DNA of 64,000 nucleotides from Pseudogracilibacillus sp. GTDB lineage: Bacteria > Bacillota > Bacilli > Bacillales > Amphibacillaceae. This document shows positions 29,729 to 40,316 of the stretch, piece after piece (the stretch's first letter is position 1; every line of letters begins with the position of its first letter). The stretch is from NCBI GenBank assembly GCA_035301645.1, contig DATGTX010000026.1:805-64804 (forward strand), in the 5' to 3' direction. The position numbers were made by a program, and so were the translations under genes. The notes under the pieces are model-generated. The model was not told where the DNA came from, ran no database searches, and worked only from the letters and a program-made list of their open reading frames with translations.

Positions 29729-31312
29729 TTATTGATGATTTTTTTCAAATACAGTTTTTCCGGCAACGATCGTCTTTACAACGTTAGCATTTAATAAATC
29801 TTCAGATGTGCCCTCAAATAAATCACGGTCAAAAACAGTAAAATCTGCTTCATAATTCTGTTTTATCAAACCTCGTTCATGCTCTTTGCAAATTGCTTGT
29901 GCACTTCCAAGTGTATACATTTGGATTGCTTTAAAGCGAGAAATCTTTTGTTCAGGAGTGTAACTTTCTGTAGAATGTTGATTTTTTCGTTCAATCGCTG
30001 CATAAATTGTCTCCAAAGGATCGATACTTTCTATCGGCGCATCTGTCCCAGCAGCACAATAGATTCCTGATTCAAGCAACGTCTTCCAAGCATAAGTATA
30101 ATTTAGACGTTCTTTACCAATCTTGTTAACAATCCACGGAAAGTCTGATGTGACAAACGCTGGTTGTACATCAATAACGACTGGTAAATCTACAATCCTA
30201 TCTATTAAGTCTTCTCTCAGTATCGAACAATGAATAAGTCGATCGCGTTTGCCCGGCTTAACGGGATGCTTTTCAATAATCCGTATAGCTTGCTCTGCTG
30301 CTGCGTCTCCAATGACATGAATAGCAACTGCTGCATCATTTTCTCTAGCTAGTTTAACCATTTCAGTTACTTCTTCATCTGTATGAACAAATAATCCTTT
30401 GTTTTTTTCATTATCAGAATAAGGTGCTTTTAAAGCCGCTGTAGAAGAACCTAATGAACCGTCTAAAAACAGCTTCATTGCACCTTCTTCAAGAAAGCTA
30501 GCTTGGTAAGGTAATTTTTTATTTATCATCTTATCAAAAACAGTATGGCGACGTAATAAATTGACTTTAAAATGTTCTTTTTCACCAATCACGTCACGGT
30601 AAGCAGTGAATGGGTTCATAAATTCACCAAAAGAATGCATATCGTCAGTATGGCCACCAGTTAATCCATAAGATAGCATCTGATCAATTGCTAGATTTAA
30701 CACTTTTTTTAAATATGTAATATAAGTTTCGCCTTCTTTAGGTAATGTATCTGTTATAAGGTCCATTGCCTGTTCATAAAAAAGTCCTGACAATTCTCCA
30801 TTATTATCTCGCCCTATTTCCCCACCTGATGGAGACTCGCTTTCAATTGTAATGCCACTTGCTTCAATTGCTGATGAATTAACTAATATAGAGTGACGAC
30901 ATACACGTGTGAGTAAAATAGGTTCCTTTCGAATTTCATTAAGTTCTTCGATTGTTGGGATTTTTTTATCAACGAAATTATTTTCATTCCACCCCTCACC
31001 AACTAACCATTGATCTGGTGGTGTTACTTTTGCTGCTTCTTTTATCATTTCTAACATAACTTGTGAAGATGTTGCTTCTGATAAATCAAGACGCACTAAC
31101 TTCTCACCTTGAGACATTATATGTAAATGGCTATCTACAAATCCAGGATACATGACAGCTCCATGTAAATTGCAATGTTTTTCTGCAGAGTTCGCAAGGT
31201 CTTCATAAAAGCCTGTTGCTATAATTTTATCATCTTTAACGAGAACTGCTTCAACAGTCTCCTCTTCTTTTTCCATTGTGTAGATTTTTCCACCATACCA
31301 GAGAGTATACAT
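29729..31312 (-). CDS. Amidohydrolase_3 family, YtcJ-like
   Basis: PGFVDSHLH, KLFLDGSLGS, HVIGDAA, LIHC, GTDAP; GGAGG SD favours ATG 31312. Confidence 0.9.
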   Translation of the reverse strand: MYTLWYGGKIYTMEKEEETVEAVLVKDDKIIATGFYEDLANSAEKHCNLHGAVMYPGFVDSHLHIMSQGEKLVRLDLSEATSSQVMLEMIKEAAKVTPPDQWLVGEGWNENNFVDKKIPTIEELNEIRKEPILLTRVCRHSILVNSSAIEASGITIESESPSGGEIGRDNNGELSGLFYEQAMDLITDTLPKEGETYITYLKKVLNLAIDQMLSYGLTGGHTDDMHSFGEFMNPFTAYRDVIGEKEHFKVNLLRRHTVFDKMINKKLPYQASFLEEGAMKLFLDGSLGSSTAALKAPYSDNEKNKGLFVHTDEEVTEMVKLARENDAAVAIHVIGDAAAEQAIRIIEKHPVKPGKRDRLIHCSILREDLIDRIVDLPVVIDVQPAFVTSDFPWIVNKIGKERLNYTYAWKTLLESGIYCAAGTDAPIESIDPLETIYAAIERKNQHSTESYTPEQKISRFKAIQMYTLGSAQAICKEHERGLIKQNYEADFTVFDRDLFEGTSEDLLNANVVKTIVAGKTVFEKNHQ

Positions 31313-31467
31313 AGTTTTCTCCTCCAATTATTTGATTACTTTATATAATTTATTAAATAAAAAAGAAAATAAGATCCTGTTTTTTAAAAAAATATATAAC
31401 GATATTTAGATGTATTGTAATTTCATTCTTCTACATTATAGAATCGCTATCAGAATGAAATCGGTTG

Positions 31468-31482
31468 AATTATCTGAATATC
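31468..31482. promoter_or_regulatory. Possible CodY box
   Basis: AATTATCTGAATATC, 3 mismatches to AATTTTCWGAAAATT. Confidence 0.3.
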
Positions 31483-31706
31483 CAAAATATCCTAATTAAT
31501 TACTTTCTACTATGCCACGGTTGATAGTCTATAGCAAATTAGACTCATTGCAACACCCTTAAAAATATTTATCTATATAACTTGGTTTCTAAATCTTGCG
31601 CTATTCTTAAATAATTATACTAACGCTTACTAATGCTGATATACTTGTTAAACGTTTTATGATAAACTTAAAATGTAAACAAATTTTTACTAAGGAGATG
31701 TTACTA

Positions 31707-32135
31707 ATGAAACATGATGACTGCCTTTTTTGTAAAATAATTGATGGCGAATTACCATCAGCAAAAGTATATGAAGATGACCATGTCTATGCATTTATGG
31801 ATATTAGTCAAGTGACAAAAGGACATACCCTTGTCATACCAAAAAAACATACACCAAATATCTACGAAACTGATGAAAATACTGCTAAAGAATTTTTTGG
31901 GCGTATTCCAAAAGTTGCTAATGCAATAAAAAAAGCTTTTAACCCTGTTGGCTTAAATATTTTAAATAATAATGATATCTTAGCCGGCCAAACAGTTTTT
32001 CATCTTCATTTACATCTCATACCGCGTTATGATAAAAATGATGGTTTCGACTATCACTGGCAAATGAATCGTGATGAATATTCACAAGAAGAATTAAATG
32101 GCCTCGCACAAAAAATAAACAAAGAGATTGAATGA
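31707..32135 (+). CDS. hit: HIT-family nucleotide hydrolase
   Basis: CLFCKI, GHTLVIPK, HLHLHLIPR triad. Confidence 0.95.
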   Translation: MKHDDCLFCKIIDGELPSAKVYEDDHVYAFMDISQVTKGHTLVIPKKHTPNIYETDENTAKEFFGRIPKVANAIKKAFNPVGLNILNNNDILAGQTVFHLHLHLIPRYDKNDGFDYHWQMNRDEYSQEELNGLAQKINKEIE

Positions 32136-32193
32136 CAATCAATTTTTCTTCATGTAAAATAAATATAAAATTATTTAAAGGAGTGTGCAATAT

Positions 32194-32565
32194 ATGTCAA
32201 AAGGAAAATCAATCCTACTCGGTATCCTTGTAGGTTCTACAGCAAGTGCAGTAGCAACATTATTAACAACACCTTCTTCTGGTAAAGATGTACGCGTGCG
32301 TATCAAGGATCAAAGCTTTGAATGGAAGAATTCAATTGATGAAATAATCCAAGAAGGTTTAAATTTAAAAGACCAAATTGCTAAAACTTCTAAAGAAGGT
32401 GCCGCTTTAATTAATGACCTAACTCAAGAGATGAAAACATCGATTGAAGAATGGAAGATAGCGATAGAACCGAACCAAGATAATATACATGATTATTTAG
32501 AACAGATTGAAGCAAGCATTAAAAACTTAGAAGCAAAACTTACAGAACAAGATGCTAAGAAATAA
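32194..32565 (+). CDS. yhaH: YtxH-domain protein YhaH
   Basis: LLGILVG..ASAVATLLTTPSSGKDVR N-terminus followed by coiled coil. Confidence 0.88.
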   Translation: MSKGKSILLGILVGSTASAVATLLTTPSSGKDVRVRIKDQSFEWKNSIDEIIQEGLNLKDQIAKTSKEGAALINDLTQEMKTSIEEWKIAIEPNQDNIHDYLEQIEASIKNLEAKLTEQDAKK

Positions 32566-32570
32566 AGTTT

Positions 32571-32610
32571 GACCTACCTGACTTTTATTCAGGTAGGTTT
32601 ACTTTTTTTT
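32571..32610 (+). terminator. Intrinsic terminator
   Basis: ACCTACCTGA / TCAGGTAGGT stem then T run. Confidence 0.8.
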
Positions 32611-32722
32611 ACACTATTTTTCCACATCTTTTATTCACATAATCGTTTATCTATTGCATTAGATGTGATATCATTTCCAATGAACAAGTTAAATATAGTA
32701 CATAAATAGGAGTGTTTATAAG

Positions 32723-33613
32723 TTGAAAAAAATAATTTTTACTGCTTTATTAGCATTTGGTTTATTAAGCCTTGCCGCATGTGGTGGGGGAGATTCTGAA
32801 GTAGTTGTGAAAACTGACGCAGGTGATGTAACGAAAGATGAGTTCTATCAAGAACTAAAAACTAAGTATGGTGATGAAGTCTTAACAGAACTTGTTACTA
32901 TGACTGTTCTTGCAGATAAATATGAAGTTAGTGACGAAGAAATTGATGCAGAACTTGATAGTATTAAAGAGCAAGTAGGAGACGATTTCGAACAAACTTT
33001 AGCTGCACAAAATCTAACTGAAGAAGATTTGCGTGCTGATATTGAAAATGGTTTATTACAAGAAGCTGCGATGACTGAAGATATTGAAGTATCAGATGAA
33101 GAGGTTAAAAACCACTTTGATCGTCTAGGTTATCAAATCGAAGCTCAACATATCTTACTAACGGATGAAGATTTAGCTAAAGAAGTTGCTAAAAAAGCTC
33201 AAGACGGAGACGATTTTGCTAAGTTAGCTGAAAAGTATTCGACTGATGAAGAGAATGCTAATGAAGGCGGAGAATTACCTGCTTTCGGTGTAGGTGAAAT
33301 GACTCCTGAATTTGAAGATGCTGCTTTTGACATGAAAGAAGGCGAAATTAGCGATCCGATTCAGAGTGACTTTGGTTTCCATATTATTAAATTAAATAAA
33401 AAAGAAGAAACTGATGAAGACATCGGTAAATTAGAAGACCAAGAAGATCAAATCCGTCGTGATATTGCAGCGACTAAAATTGATCAAGCACAAGCAATGG
33501 AAAAAATCAGCAAAATGATGGAAGATGCAGGCATTGAAGTTAAAGACAAAGAATTCGAAGGTCTGTTTGATGCCCCTGAAGCGCCAGAAGCGCCAGAAGC
33601 ACCAGCAGAATAA
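32723..33613 (+). CDS. prsA: Foldase lipoprotein PrsA
   Basis: LAAC lipobox, AQHIL, FAKLAEKYSTD, GGEL, FGFHIIK parvulin motifs. Confidence 0.95.
   Translation: MKKIIFTALLAFGLLSLAACGGGDSEVVVKTDAGDVTKDEFYQELKTKYGDEVLTELVTMTVLADKYEVSDEEIDAELDSIKEQVGDDFEQTLAAQNLTEEDLRADIENGLLQEAAMTEDIEVSDEEVKNHFDRLGYQIEAQHILLTDEDLAKEVAKKAQDGDDFAKLAEKYSTDEENANEGGELPAFGVGEMTPEFEDAAFDMKEGEISDPIQSDFGFHIIKLNKKEETDEDIGKLEDQEDQIRRDIAATKIDQAQAMEKISKMMEDAGIEVKDKEFEGLFDAPEAPEAPEAPAE
33572..33610 (+). repeat. Coding 9-bp tandem repeat (APE)x3-APAE at the PrsA C-terminus
   Basis: gcccctgaa gcgccagaa gcgccagaa gcaccagcagaa. Confidence 0.8.
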
Positions 33614-33638
33614 TTAAATAATGTTTTTAATATAAAAA

Positions 33639-33780
33639 GGATATCCGCAAGTTAGTGTGGAAAGAAAAACACTGTCTTCCTTCGTAAATCAAATATACTC
33701 GCTTCCCGCAGGTGTCTTGCATATTTGATTTGCTAAGATGTACTGTTATCTTAAATTTCCACATTATAATCCGAATACCC
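33639..33780. mobile_element. MITE-like element copy 2 (142 bp)
   Basis: TIRs match 18/25; flanked by TATAAAAA at 33631-33638 and 33781-33788; internal hairpin; collinear with 5914-6010. Confidence 0.87.
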
Positions 33781-33783
33781 TAT

Positions 33784-33819
33784 AAAAAGAGGTAGTTCAT
33801 AATGAACTACCTCTTTTTT
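33784..33819. terminator. Bidirectional intrinsic terminator prsA/yhaM
   Basis: AAAAAGAGGTAGTTCAT-A-ATGAACTACCTCTTTTT. Confidence 0.92.
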
Positions 33820-34765
33820 ATTCTTTTTCAAAGGTTGGTTTATAAAATGATCGATTTTCTAAAGCAAAAACTCTTTCTGTAAACTCGCCTGGTTCTACAT
33901 GGGTTAGAGCACGATCTAGCATATTCATTTTTGCATCAATAATATCAATGAAATGCAATATTTCTGCCTCTCTTATCATTGGAGGTTTAGGACTTCCCCA
34001 CTCTGCTTTACCATGATGGCTTAAAACAATATGTTGTAAAACGACTACTTCTTCCCCATCAATTTTAAGTTCTTCTGCGACATCTTCAATTTCTGAAACC
34101 ATAATTGAAATATGTCCTAGTAACGTACCTTCAACTGTGTAACTTGTTGAAACAGCACCTGAAAGCTCATGAATCTTGCCTATATCGTGTAAAATAACAC
34201 CTGCGTATAATAAATCCTTATTAATTGTTGGATAAAGTATACATAACTGTTTAGCTATTTTTAGCATACTAATAATATGATGAGCAAGCCCTGATACATA
34301 AGCATGGTGATTCTTAGAAGCTGCAGGATAAATATATAATTCTTCTTCATATTTCTTTATAAACGCTCTAACAATTCGTTGTATATTTGGGTTCTCCATT
34401 TCAAAAATAAATTCAGTCATTGATGCCTTTAGTTCTTCAATTTCGACTGGAGCGGTTTCTAAAAAGTCAGATACCCGAACATTATCAGAAGTTGTGGCTA
34501 TACGTATTGATTTTATTCTAAACTGGGCCCGGCCCCTAAACTCATTAATCGTTCCAGATAATTTAACAGCCTTTTCAGGAAGATACATTTCTTCATCTTC
34601 AGGTGTCGCTCCCCATAGTTTTGCATCAATTTCACCAGTTTTATCTCTAAAAATAAGCGTTAAAAATGGTTTGCCATTACTAGCAATTCCTTTTCTAACA
34701 TCTTTAATTAACATAAATCCTTCAAAAGTATCATTAATTTTATAATCCATAATCCCTTTTGTCAT
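33818..34765 (-). CDS. yhaM: 3'-5' exoribonuclease YhaM
   Basis: OB fold plus HD domain (NHHAY, LHDIGK, SHHG); AGGAGG SD before ATG 34765. Confidence 0.97.
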   Translation of the reverse strand: MTKGIMDYKINDTFEGFMLIKDVRKGIASNGKPFLTLIFRDKTGEIDAKLWGATPEDEEMYLPEKAVKLSGTINEFRGRAQFRIKSIRIATTSDNVRVSDFLETAPVEIEELKASMTEFIFEMENPNIQRIVRAFIKKYEEELYIYPAASKNHHAYVSGLAHHIISMLKIAKQLCILYPTINKDLLYAGVILHDIGKIHELSGAVSTSYTVEGTLLGHISIMVSEIEDVAEELKIDGEEVVVLQHIVLSHHGKAEWGSPKPPMIREAEILHFIDIIDAKMNMLDRALTHVEPGEFTERVFALENRSFYKPTFEKE

Positions 34766-34793
34766 TTTAGAACCTCCTTCTTTATTAAGTTTA

Positions 34794-37682
34794 TCACATT
34801 TTAGCACCTGACAAATAATGAATCTCTACATCTGTTAATTCAAGTAAATGTTTTTTACATGTAAAAAGAACCACTTGTTGTTCTTTTGTTATTTCTTCTA
34901 ATAATCTCATCACAGCTTGCTCTCTCTTATGATCAAAATGAACAAATGCATCATCGATAATAAACGGCACAGAATATTTTTCACTCATCACTGTACTAAT
35001 AGCTATTCGTAAGGATACGTATAATTGATCGATTGTCCCCTGTGATAATTGATTAATCGTAAAGCGAGTATGAAGATTAGTCTCAACAGAAAAAGTCTTA
35101 TTCTTTTCAGGTGGAAAAATCGCTACATATTTACTTTTAGTTATTATCTCAAAATAATAAGATGCTTTTTCAATGACATCTTTCATATACTTTTGGTGGA
35201 ATGACCTTTTCGTTTGTTCGAGCGTATCTGTAGCGAGTTTCATAGCTGACCACTCAAAAGCTAATTCTTTTGCTCTAGCTTTTTTATAAGACATCTTATG
35301 TAAAACATCTGAGTATTCTTCTGTTTCTTCCATTTGTTTTATTTCGGCATCTAATGTTGCAATTTTTTCGCGTATATTATTAATTTCTTCATCTGCTTTT
35401 TTTATTTGTTCTTTATATTTATCAATTTTTTGATTTAAATCATATTCATCTTGATTGATTGTCAGCAGATAATCGAGAACTTCAATGTCGAAACTCATTT
35501 TTAATTGATTATAATAACTTTCTATTTGTTCTTTCAAACGCTTTTTTTTCTCTGAATTGTAATAAGTTCGGTGAAATGATTCTTCATTTTCTACAGAGGC
35601 TAATTTAAACAGAGTTGATATTTCAGCTTGATAATAATTAATTTTTTCAGTCAGTAATGCTTTTTCCTCTGTTAATTCTTCGATTATTTTTTCGTAGTTA
35701 TTTATTAACTGTTCCGCCTTGTTATGAGCATCTACTTGTGAAGTGAGCTCTTCATAAGTAGTTAATGATAATCTATCTAATATTCTCGAAAGTTTCTGCT
35801 CATAAATGGTCAACTCTCCAATGATTTGCTTGTTCTTTAATTCTTTTTCGTCTTGAAAACTTTCTACTTCTTTTAATTTTTTTAGAGTTATTAAGAGTTC
35901 TGGCCAATGAATTGGCTCAATATTTTCTAGAAACTCATATTCTTTTTGCTCATTTATTACTCTCTGCTTAAATATATCTTCTCTCTGAGTAAACATTTCA
36001 AACCGTTCACTAATTTGAAGTTCTTCTCGGTTGATCTTTTGTTGGTCATTTTCTAAGTATTTTAATTGGATAAGATAATCATCTTGTTTGTCTACCTGAT
36101 TTTTCATTTGAATATACTCACTTTTTGTTATGTTACTACTTTGATTACTAACAAGTGAGTCGATTAAATTTTGATTTTTCATTTCAAAATAATTTATAAC
36201 ATAATATAAAACAAATAAAATAATACCTGAAACAATCGTCCCGATAACAAAAAATAGATTGGTTGTTATAATTGATAATACAATTAGAATAGCTAACAAA
36301 CTAATTCCACCAAATAAGACTTTTTTCTTTATACTTTCATTTTCTTTATGGGAATTTAATTCATTTACTTGTTGTGTCGTATGAGAATAATTAAATAAAT
36401 GTTCTTTTAATTTATCAAGTTCTGAGGTAGCTAATAATTTTTGTTTCAATTGATTTATATTTGTTTGAATCGTTTCTAATTCACCCTCTAATAACAACCG
36501 TTCAGCTTCTATCTCTTTTTTTATTTGGTTTAATTGATAGGCTTCTTCTTCGAGTGTTTGCCATGTTTTGGTCAAATAATAAGGTAAATTTAAGTTTTTT
36601 AAGGTTGTTATATTCAAGGGAATGGCTAAATCGTTTAAAGTTATATTGATTTCTGAAACTGATTTCTCGATATTTTTAGTTAACTCATCTGATGTTGCTA
36701 GTTGATTTTTATAGTCATTTCTTTCTTTTAAAAGCTCGTTTGCTAATTTATAAGTATCGTCTGCAAGAATCGACTTTTTCAATTCATTTAAATCATTTTG
36801 ATAAGTTGAAATGTTTTTTTCGATGTTAGCTTGATTGCTTAATAATGGAACAAGCGCTTCTTTATTTTTTTCTAATCGGTCAATTCCTGATTCAGGGAAC
36901 TCTATCTTTTCTGGTAGTTTTTTTAATTCTTCTTTTGATTGTTTTAAATCATTTATAGTTGGGAGCAAGTGTAATTGTTTCTTGTACTGGTCTAACTGAT
37001 GACGTGCTTCTCTTATATCTTTCAAATAGCTTTCTAATTTTTCTTTTCCTGCCTGCTGTTCTGATTTTAATTTTGCATAAAGACTTTCTTGATTTTTTAA
37101 TTTTCGTTCAATGATAGCAAGCTCATCCAATTTTTGTAGTTCTTGATTAAGTGATGGTATTCTGCCTGCTTTTTTAAATATTTTACCTGTTTCGCGTTCA
37201 ATATTTCGTTCAGCTATCTCAATATTCGTCGCTCCGGCTAGACCTACATTAAACAAGATATTACCAAACTCTTGTTCAGTAATATTTCTAATATGCAAGA
37301 GATCAATTGCTGAAAAAGAGTAAATCGACATGAACGTTTGTTTTGTTAAACCTTTTAAATAATGAGCGAGCACCTCTTCTTTATGTGATGTTTCCTGATT
37401 AGAATAGATAGTTAGTGAATCGCTCGTTCTTTCAATTGTTACTTCCTCTTTTTGTTCATCTAAAAAAGTTAAAATTCCACCAAATTTACCACTTTCAATT
37501 GGTTGATAAAATGTTTGTTCTTTAGAAGTTAAACCAAAAAGAATGAACATAATAAATTGCTGTAATGTCGTCTTTCCAGATTCATTTTCTCCATAAATCA
37601 CATTTAATTCTGTTTGGTTAAAAACAACCTCTTTATCTACCCACTTACCAAATCCATATATATTAGCCCGAGTAAACTTCAT
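34794..37682 (-). CDS. yhaN: SMC-like ATPase YhaN/SbcE
   Basis: GENESGKTT, long coiled coil with TM pair, [15 protein letters not shown]. Confidence 0.93.
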   Translation of the reverse strand: MKFTRANIYGFGKWVDKEVVFNQTELNVIYGENESGKTTLQQFIMFILFGLTSKEQTFYQPIESGKFGGILTFLDEQKEEVTIERTSDSLTIYSNQETSHKEEVLAHYLKGLTKQTFMSIYSFSAIDLLHIRNITEQEFGNILFNVGLAGATNIEIAERNIERETGKIFKKAGRIPSLNQELQKLDELAIIERKLKNQESLYAKLKSEQQAGKEKLESYLKDIREARHQLDQYKKQLHLLPTINDLKQSKEELKKLPEKIEFPESGIDRLEKNKEALVPLLSNQANIEKNISTYQNDLNELKKSILADDTYKLANELLKERNDYKNQLATSDELTKNIEKSVSEINITLNDLAIPLNITTLKNLNLPYYLTKTWQTLEEEAYQLNQIKKEIEAERLLLEGELETIQTNINQLKQKLLATSELDKLKEHLFNYSHTTQQVNELNSHKENESIKKKVLFGGISLLAILIVLSIITTNLFFVIGTIVSGIILFVLYYVINYFEMKNQNLIDSLVSNQSSNITKSEYIQMKNQVDKQDDYLIQLKYLENDQQKINREELQISERFEMFTQREDIFKQRVINEQKEYEFLENIEPIHWPELLITLKKLKEVESFQDEKELKNKQIIGELTIYEQKLSRILDRLSLTTYEELTSQVDAHNKAEQLINNYEKIIEELTEEKALLTEKINYYQAEISTLFKLASVENEESFHRTYYNSEKKKRLKEQIESYYNQLKMSFDIEVLDYLLTINQDEYDLNQKIDKYKEQIKKADEEINNIREKIATLDAEIKQMEETEEYSDVLHKMSYKKARAKELAFEWSAMKLATDTLEQTKRSFHQKYMKDVIEKASYYFEIITKSKYVAIFPPEKNKTFSVETNLHTRFTINQLSQGTIDQLYVSLRIAISTVMSEKYSVPFIIDDAFVHFDHKREQAVMRLLEEITKEQQVVLFTCKKHLLELTDVEIHYLSGAKM

Positions 37683-38881
37683 TTAACCTCACCTCGGTTA
37701 TAAAATTCTAAGGTGAGAATCTCTTCTGCTCTCTGCTTTAACTCTTCATTATTTATTTCATATATTTCAGGATACTTTCTTACTTGTGGGTGTGTGAGCA
37801 GATCATTCATTGATTCTTCTATACCTGACTCTTCTAAGTGAGTCAATAATTGATCAAAAAAGTAATTATTTTCAAAAAAAGTACCAGTATTTAAATTGAT
37901 TTTATATTTATAAATATAGCTTGTTTGAAGATCATTAATAAGTTGAATTAACTCTGTTAATCTTTCAGTTTTTTCCCATTCAGTTATTTCGTCAGTTTGG
38001 CTATTAATCGTAAGGTGAACCAGTTCTAATTCATCTTGAGACAACATACTATTAATTTTCTCTTTAAATTGGTGCAGACTTTCTTCTTCAGTCAATTCAA
38101 TAGTCAATGTTCTGAATTGGATTGCTCCTAAACGTAAAAATTCAAAATTAGTTTCTTCTTTAGTTAAATGGACTAAATAACATCCCTTTTCTCCCGCTTC
38201 ATTCCGGTGACGTCCTTGAATATTCCCTGGGTAAACGATTGGTGGGTCTTCTGATAATATTTCACGTTTATGGATGTGTCCAAGAGCCCAGTAATCAAAT
38301 GGCTGATTTTTTAGTTCTGAAAGTTTAAAAGGTGCATAATTAGCATGTCCATGGGCGCTATCTGCTGAACCATGTAACGTTGCGATATGATAATTTACTT
38401 CAGAAGGATTCACTAACGTGTAATCTTTAATTTTGTCTTCATTAACTGCTCTTGTCTCATAACTAAATCCATATATATTAACGAGGGGTTTGTTTTCTTT
38501 ATAATGCGTAAAGTAAGTCACTTGCTCATCTGGGTAGACGCATACGTTTTCAGGATATTCAATTGGATAAAGATTACCTTGAATGAAATCATGGTTTCCG
38601 TAACTTAAATACACATTAATTCCATATGTGTTTAATTTCTCAAAGGCTGTTTTTAATTTAATTTGTGCTTTTAAACTTTGTTCATTATTATCGAACAAGT
38701 CGCCTACCAATAACACAAAATCTACTTCATGTTTAATTGCTTCATCTACTAAATTATCTAATGCTATGAATGTACTTTCTTTTACTTTTTCAAATAGTTT
38801 TTCATCAAGATCACTTAATCCGATAAATGGACTATCTAGATGAAGATCTGCTGCATGGATAAATTTAATACCTTTAGACAT
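37679..38881 (-). CDS. yhaO: Mre11/SbcD-like metallophosphoesterase YhaO
   Basis: ADLHLDSPF, GDLFD, GNHD, ALGHIH, YPGNIQGR. Confidence 0.95.
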   Translation of the reverse strand: MSKGIKFIHAADLHLDSPFIGLSDLDEKLFEKVKESTFIALDNLVDEAIKHEVDFVLLVGDLFDNNEQSLKAQIKLKTAFEKLNTYGINVYLSYGNHDFIQGNLYPIEYPENVCVYPDEQVTYFTHYKENKPLVNIYGFSYETRAVNEDKIKDYTLVNPSEVNYHIATLHGSADSAHGHANYAPFKLSELKNQPFDYWALGHIHKREILSEDPPIVYPGNIQGRHRNEAGEKGCYLVHLTKEETNFEFLRLGAIQFRTLTIELTEEESLHQFKEKINSMLSQDELELVHLTINSQTDEITEWEKTERLTELIQLINDLQTSYIYKYKINLNTGTFFENNYFFDQLLTHLEESGIEESMNDLLTHPQVRKYPEIYEINNEELKQRAEEILTLEFYNRGEVK

Positions 38882-38936
38882 CTACTCGCCCACCTTTTAA
38901 TCATACTTTTATTTATCCTATCACGGAATATTAATG

Positions 38937-38950
38937 CGAGCAAACGTTTG
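38937..38950. promoter_or_regulatory. LexA (SOS/Cheo) box upstream of yhaO-yhaN-yhaM
   Basis: CGAGCAAACGTTTG, one mismatch to CGAACRNRYGTTYG; this operon is LexA-regulated in B. subtilis. Confidence 0.7.
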
Positions 38951-38960
38951 CCTCCACTTC

Positions 38961-39006
38961 AAAAAAGTACCTCTTAAAGTTAAATTTAAATTAACTTTAA
39001 GAGGTA
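38961..39006 (-). terminator. Intrinsic terminator after yhaP
   Basis: TACCTCTTAAAGTTAA / TTAACTTTAAGAGGTA stem plus T run on the minus strand. Confidence 0.88.
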
Positions 39007-39059
39007 TAGATTAATTTTTGTATATTCGGGAATAGTCTGCTATATATTATCCGTGTGCT

Positions 39060-40316
39060 CTAATTTTCTTCTTTTTTTGATAGATTAAATGCGTTTTTAA
39101 TATCTTTTAACGAGCGAGATGGTCCATACATTAGAACGCCTCCACGATATATACGAGCACCTATGAGGCCTAGAATAATAATTGTTCCTACCAAGATACC
39201 AATAGATAATGCTATTTCCCATGAAGGTACTTCTAGCATTCCAATGCGTAAAAACATAATCATAGGCGAAAAGAATGGAATAAATGAGCTAACCGTAATA
39301 AATTTCGCTTCTGGTACATTTAAACCAAACATCGCAATGAAAAATGCAATTAGAATCAAAATAATCATTGGCATCAATAGTTGTTGCAAGTCTTCTACAC
39401 GACTTACAAGTGAACCAAACATAGCAGCTATTGTAGCATATAGTAAATAACCTAAAAGGAAGAATAATATAGCATATAAAAATAATGTAGGACTGATACT
39501 TTCTAAACCTAATTCTTCAAACAACCCTGATTTGATATCTTCTAGTTTAGGAAGGATTGCTAAGAAACTTCCTACTCCAACTATCACAGCTTGGGTAATC
39601 CCTAATAAAGCAATGCCAATAATCTTCGCAAACATATGCGTTACAGGAGATGCGCTAGAAATAAGTATTTCCATCACACGAGACGACTTTTCTGTTGCAA
39701 CGTCTGTTGCAATCATTTGACCGTATATAAGCACTGCCATATATAATATAAAAATCATAGCATAAACAATGCCTCTAGCTATATCGAGTTCTTCATCTGT
39801 TTTAGCAGATTCATCAAGTGCTAGTTTTTCAATATTAACTGGTTGATTCATTTCTAATAGAGTATCTTCATCAATCCCAGCTTGTTCAATAAGAATTGAG
39901 TCTTTAATCACTTGCAAATTAGATTCAAGAATACTTTGTACTTCATCTCCTGCAATACTCTTAGCGTAATAAGTGATTTCTGGTAATGACTTTGCATCTT
40001 CATCTATAACAAGTAATGCATCATAATCTTCATTTTTTACAGCTTTTTTACCTTCTTCTAAGCCTTCTTTATATTCTGTTAAGTTAATCGCATCATTATC
40101 CTTTAAACTATCAACTAATCCTGAATAAATTAAAGTTGAGTCATTAACCACAATCACTTCTGAGGTATCTGTATCAGATTCGAATAGCTTAATAATTGAG
40201 TCAATATTAGCTACTGCCAAAACAAGCAATAGTAAAATAGCTGTCGTGATGATAAATGCTTTTGACTTTAAACGCGACCAATACGTGTGTCCTAGTACTA
40301 GAAAGAATTTATTCAT
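39060..40316 (-). CDS. yhaP: ABC-2 type permease YhaP (NatB-like)
   Basis: VATEKSSRVMEILISS, FAKIIG, SFIPFFSP, IYRGGVLMYG. Confidence 0.92.
   Translation of the reverse strand: MNKFFLVLGHTYWSRLKSKAFIITTAILLLLVLAVANIDSIIKLFESDTDTSEVIVVNDSTLIYSGLVDSLKDNDAINLTEYKEGLEEGKKAVKNEDYDALLVIDEDAKSLPEITYYAKSIAGDEVQSILESNLQVIKDSILIEQAGIDEDTLLEMNQPVNIEKLALDESAKTDEELDIARGIVYAMIFILYMAVLIYGQMIATDVATEKSSRVMEILISSASPVTHMFAKIIGIALLGITQAVIVGVGSFLAILPKLEDIKSGLFEELGLESISPTLFLYAILFFLLGYLLYATIAAMFGSLVSRVEDLQQLLMPMIILILIAFFIAMFGLNVPEAKFITVSSFIPFFSPMIMFLRIGMLEVPSWEIALSIGILVGTIIILGLIGARIYRGGVLMYGPSRSLKDIKNAFNLSKKEEN

Noticed and set aside
29690-31602. 10-bp direct repeat ATCTTGCGCT flanking the amidohydrolase gene as an insertion scar
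   Set aside because: Short, no inverted repeats or recombinase nearby; plausible by chance
33818-38881. yhaO-yhaN-yhaM as a novel nuclease-SMC defence system
   Set aside because: Conserved core Bacillales SOS-regulated repair/RNA-turnover operon in its usual position
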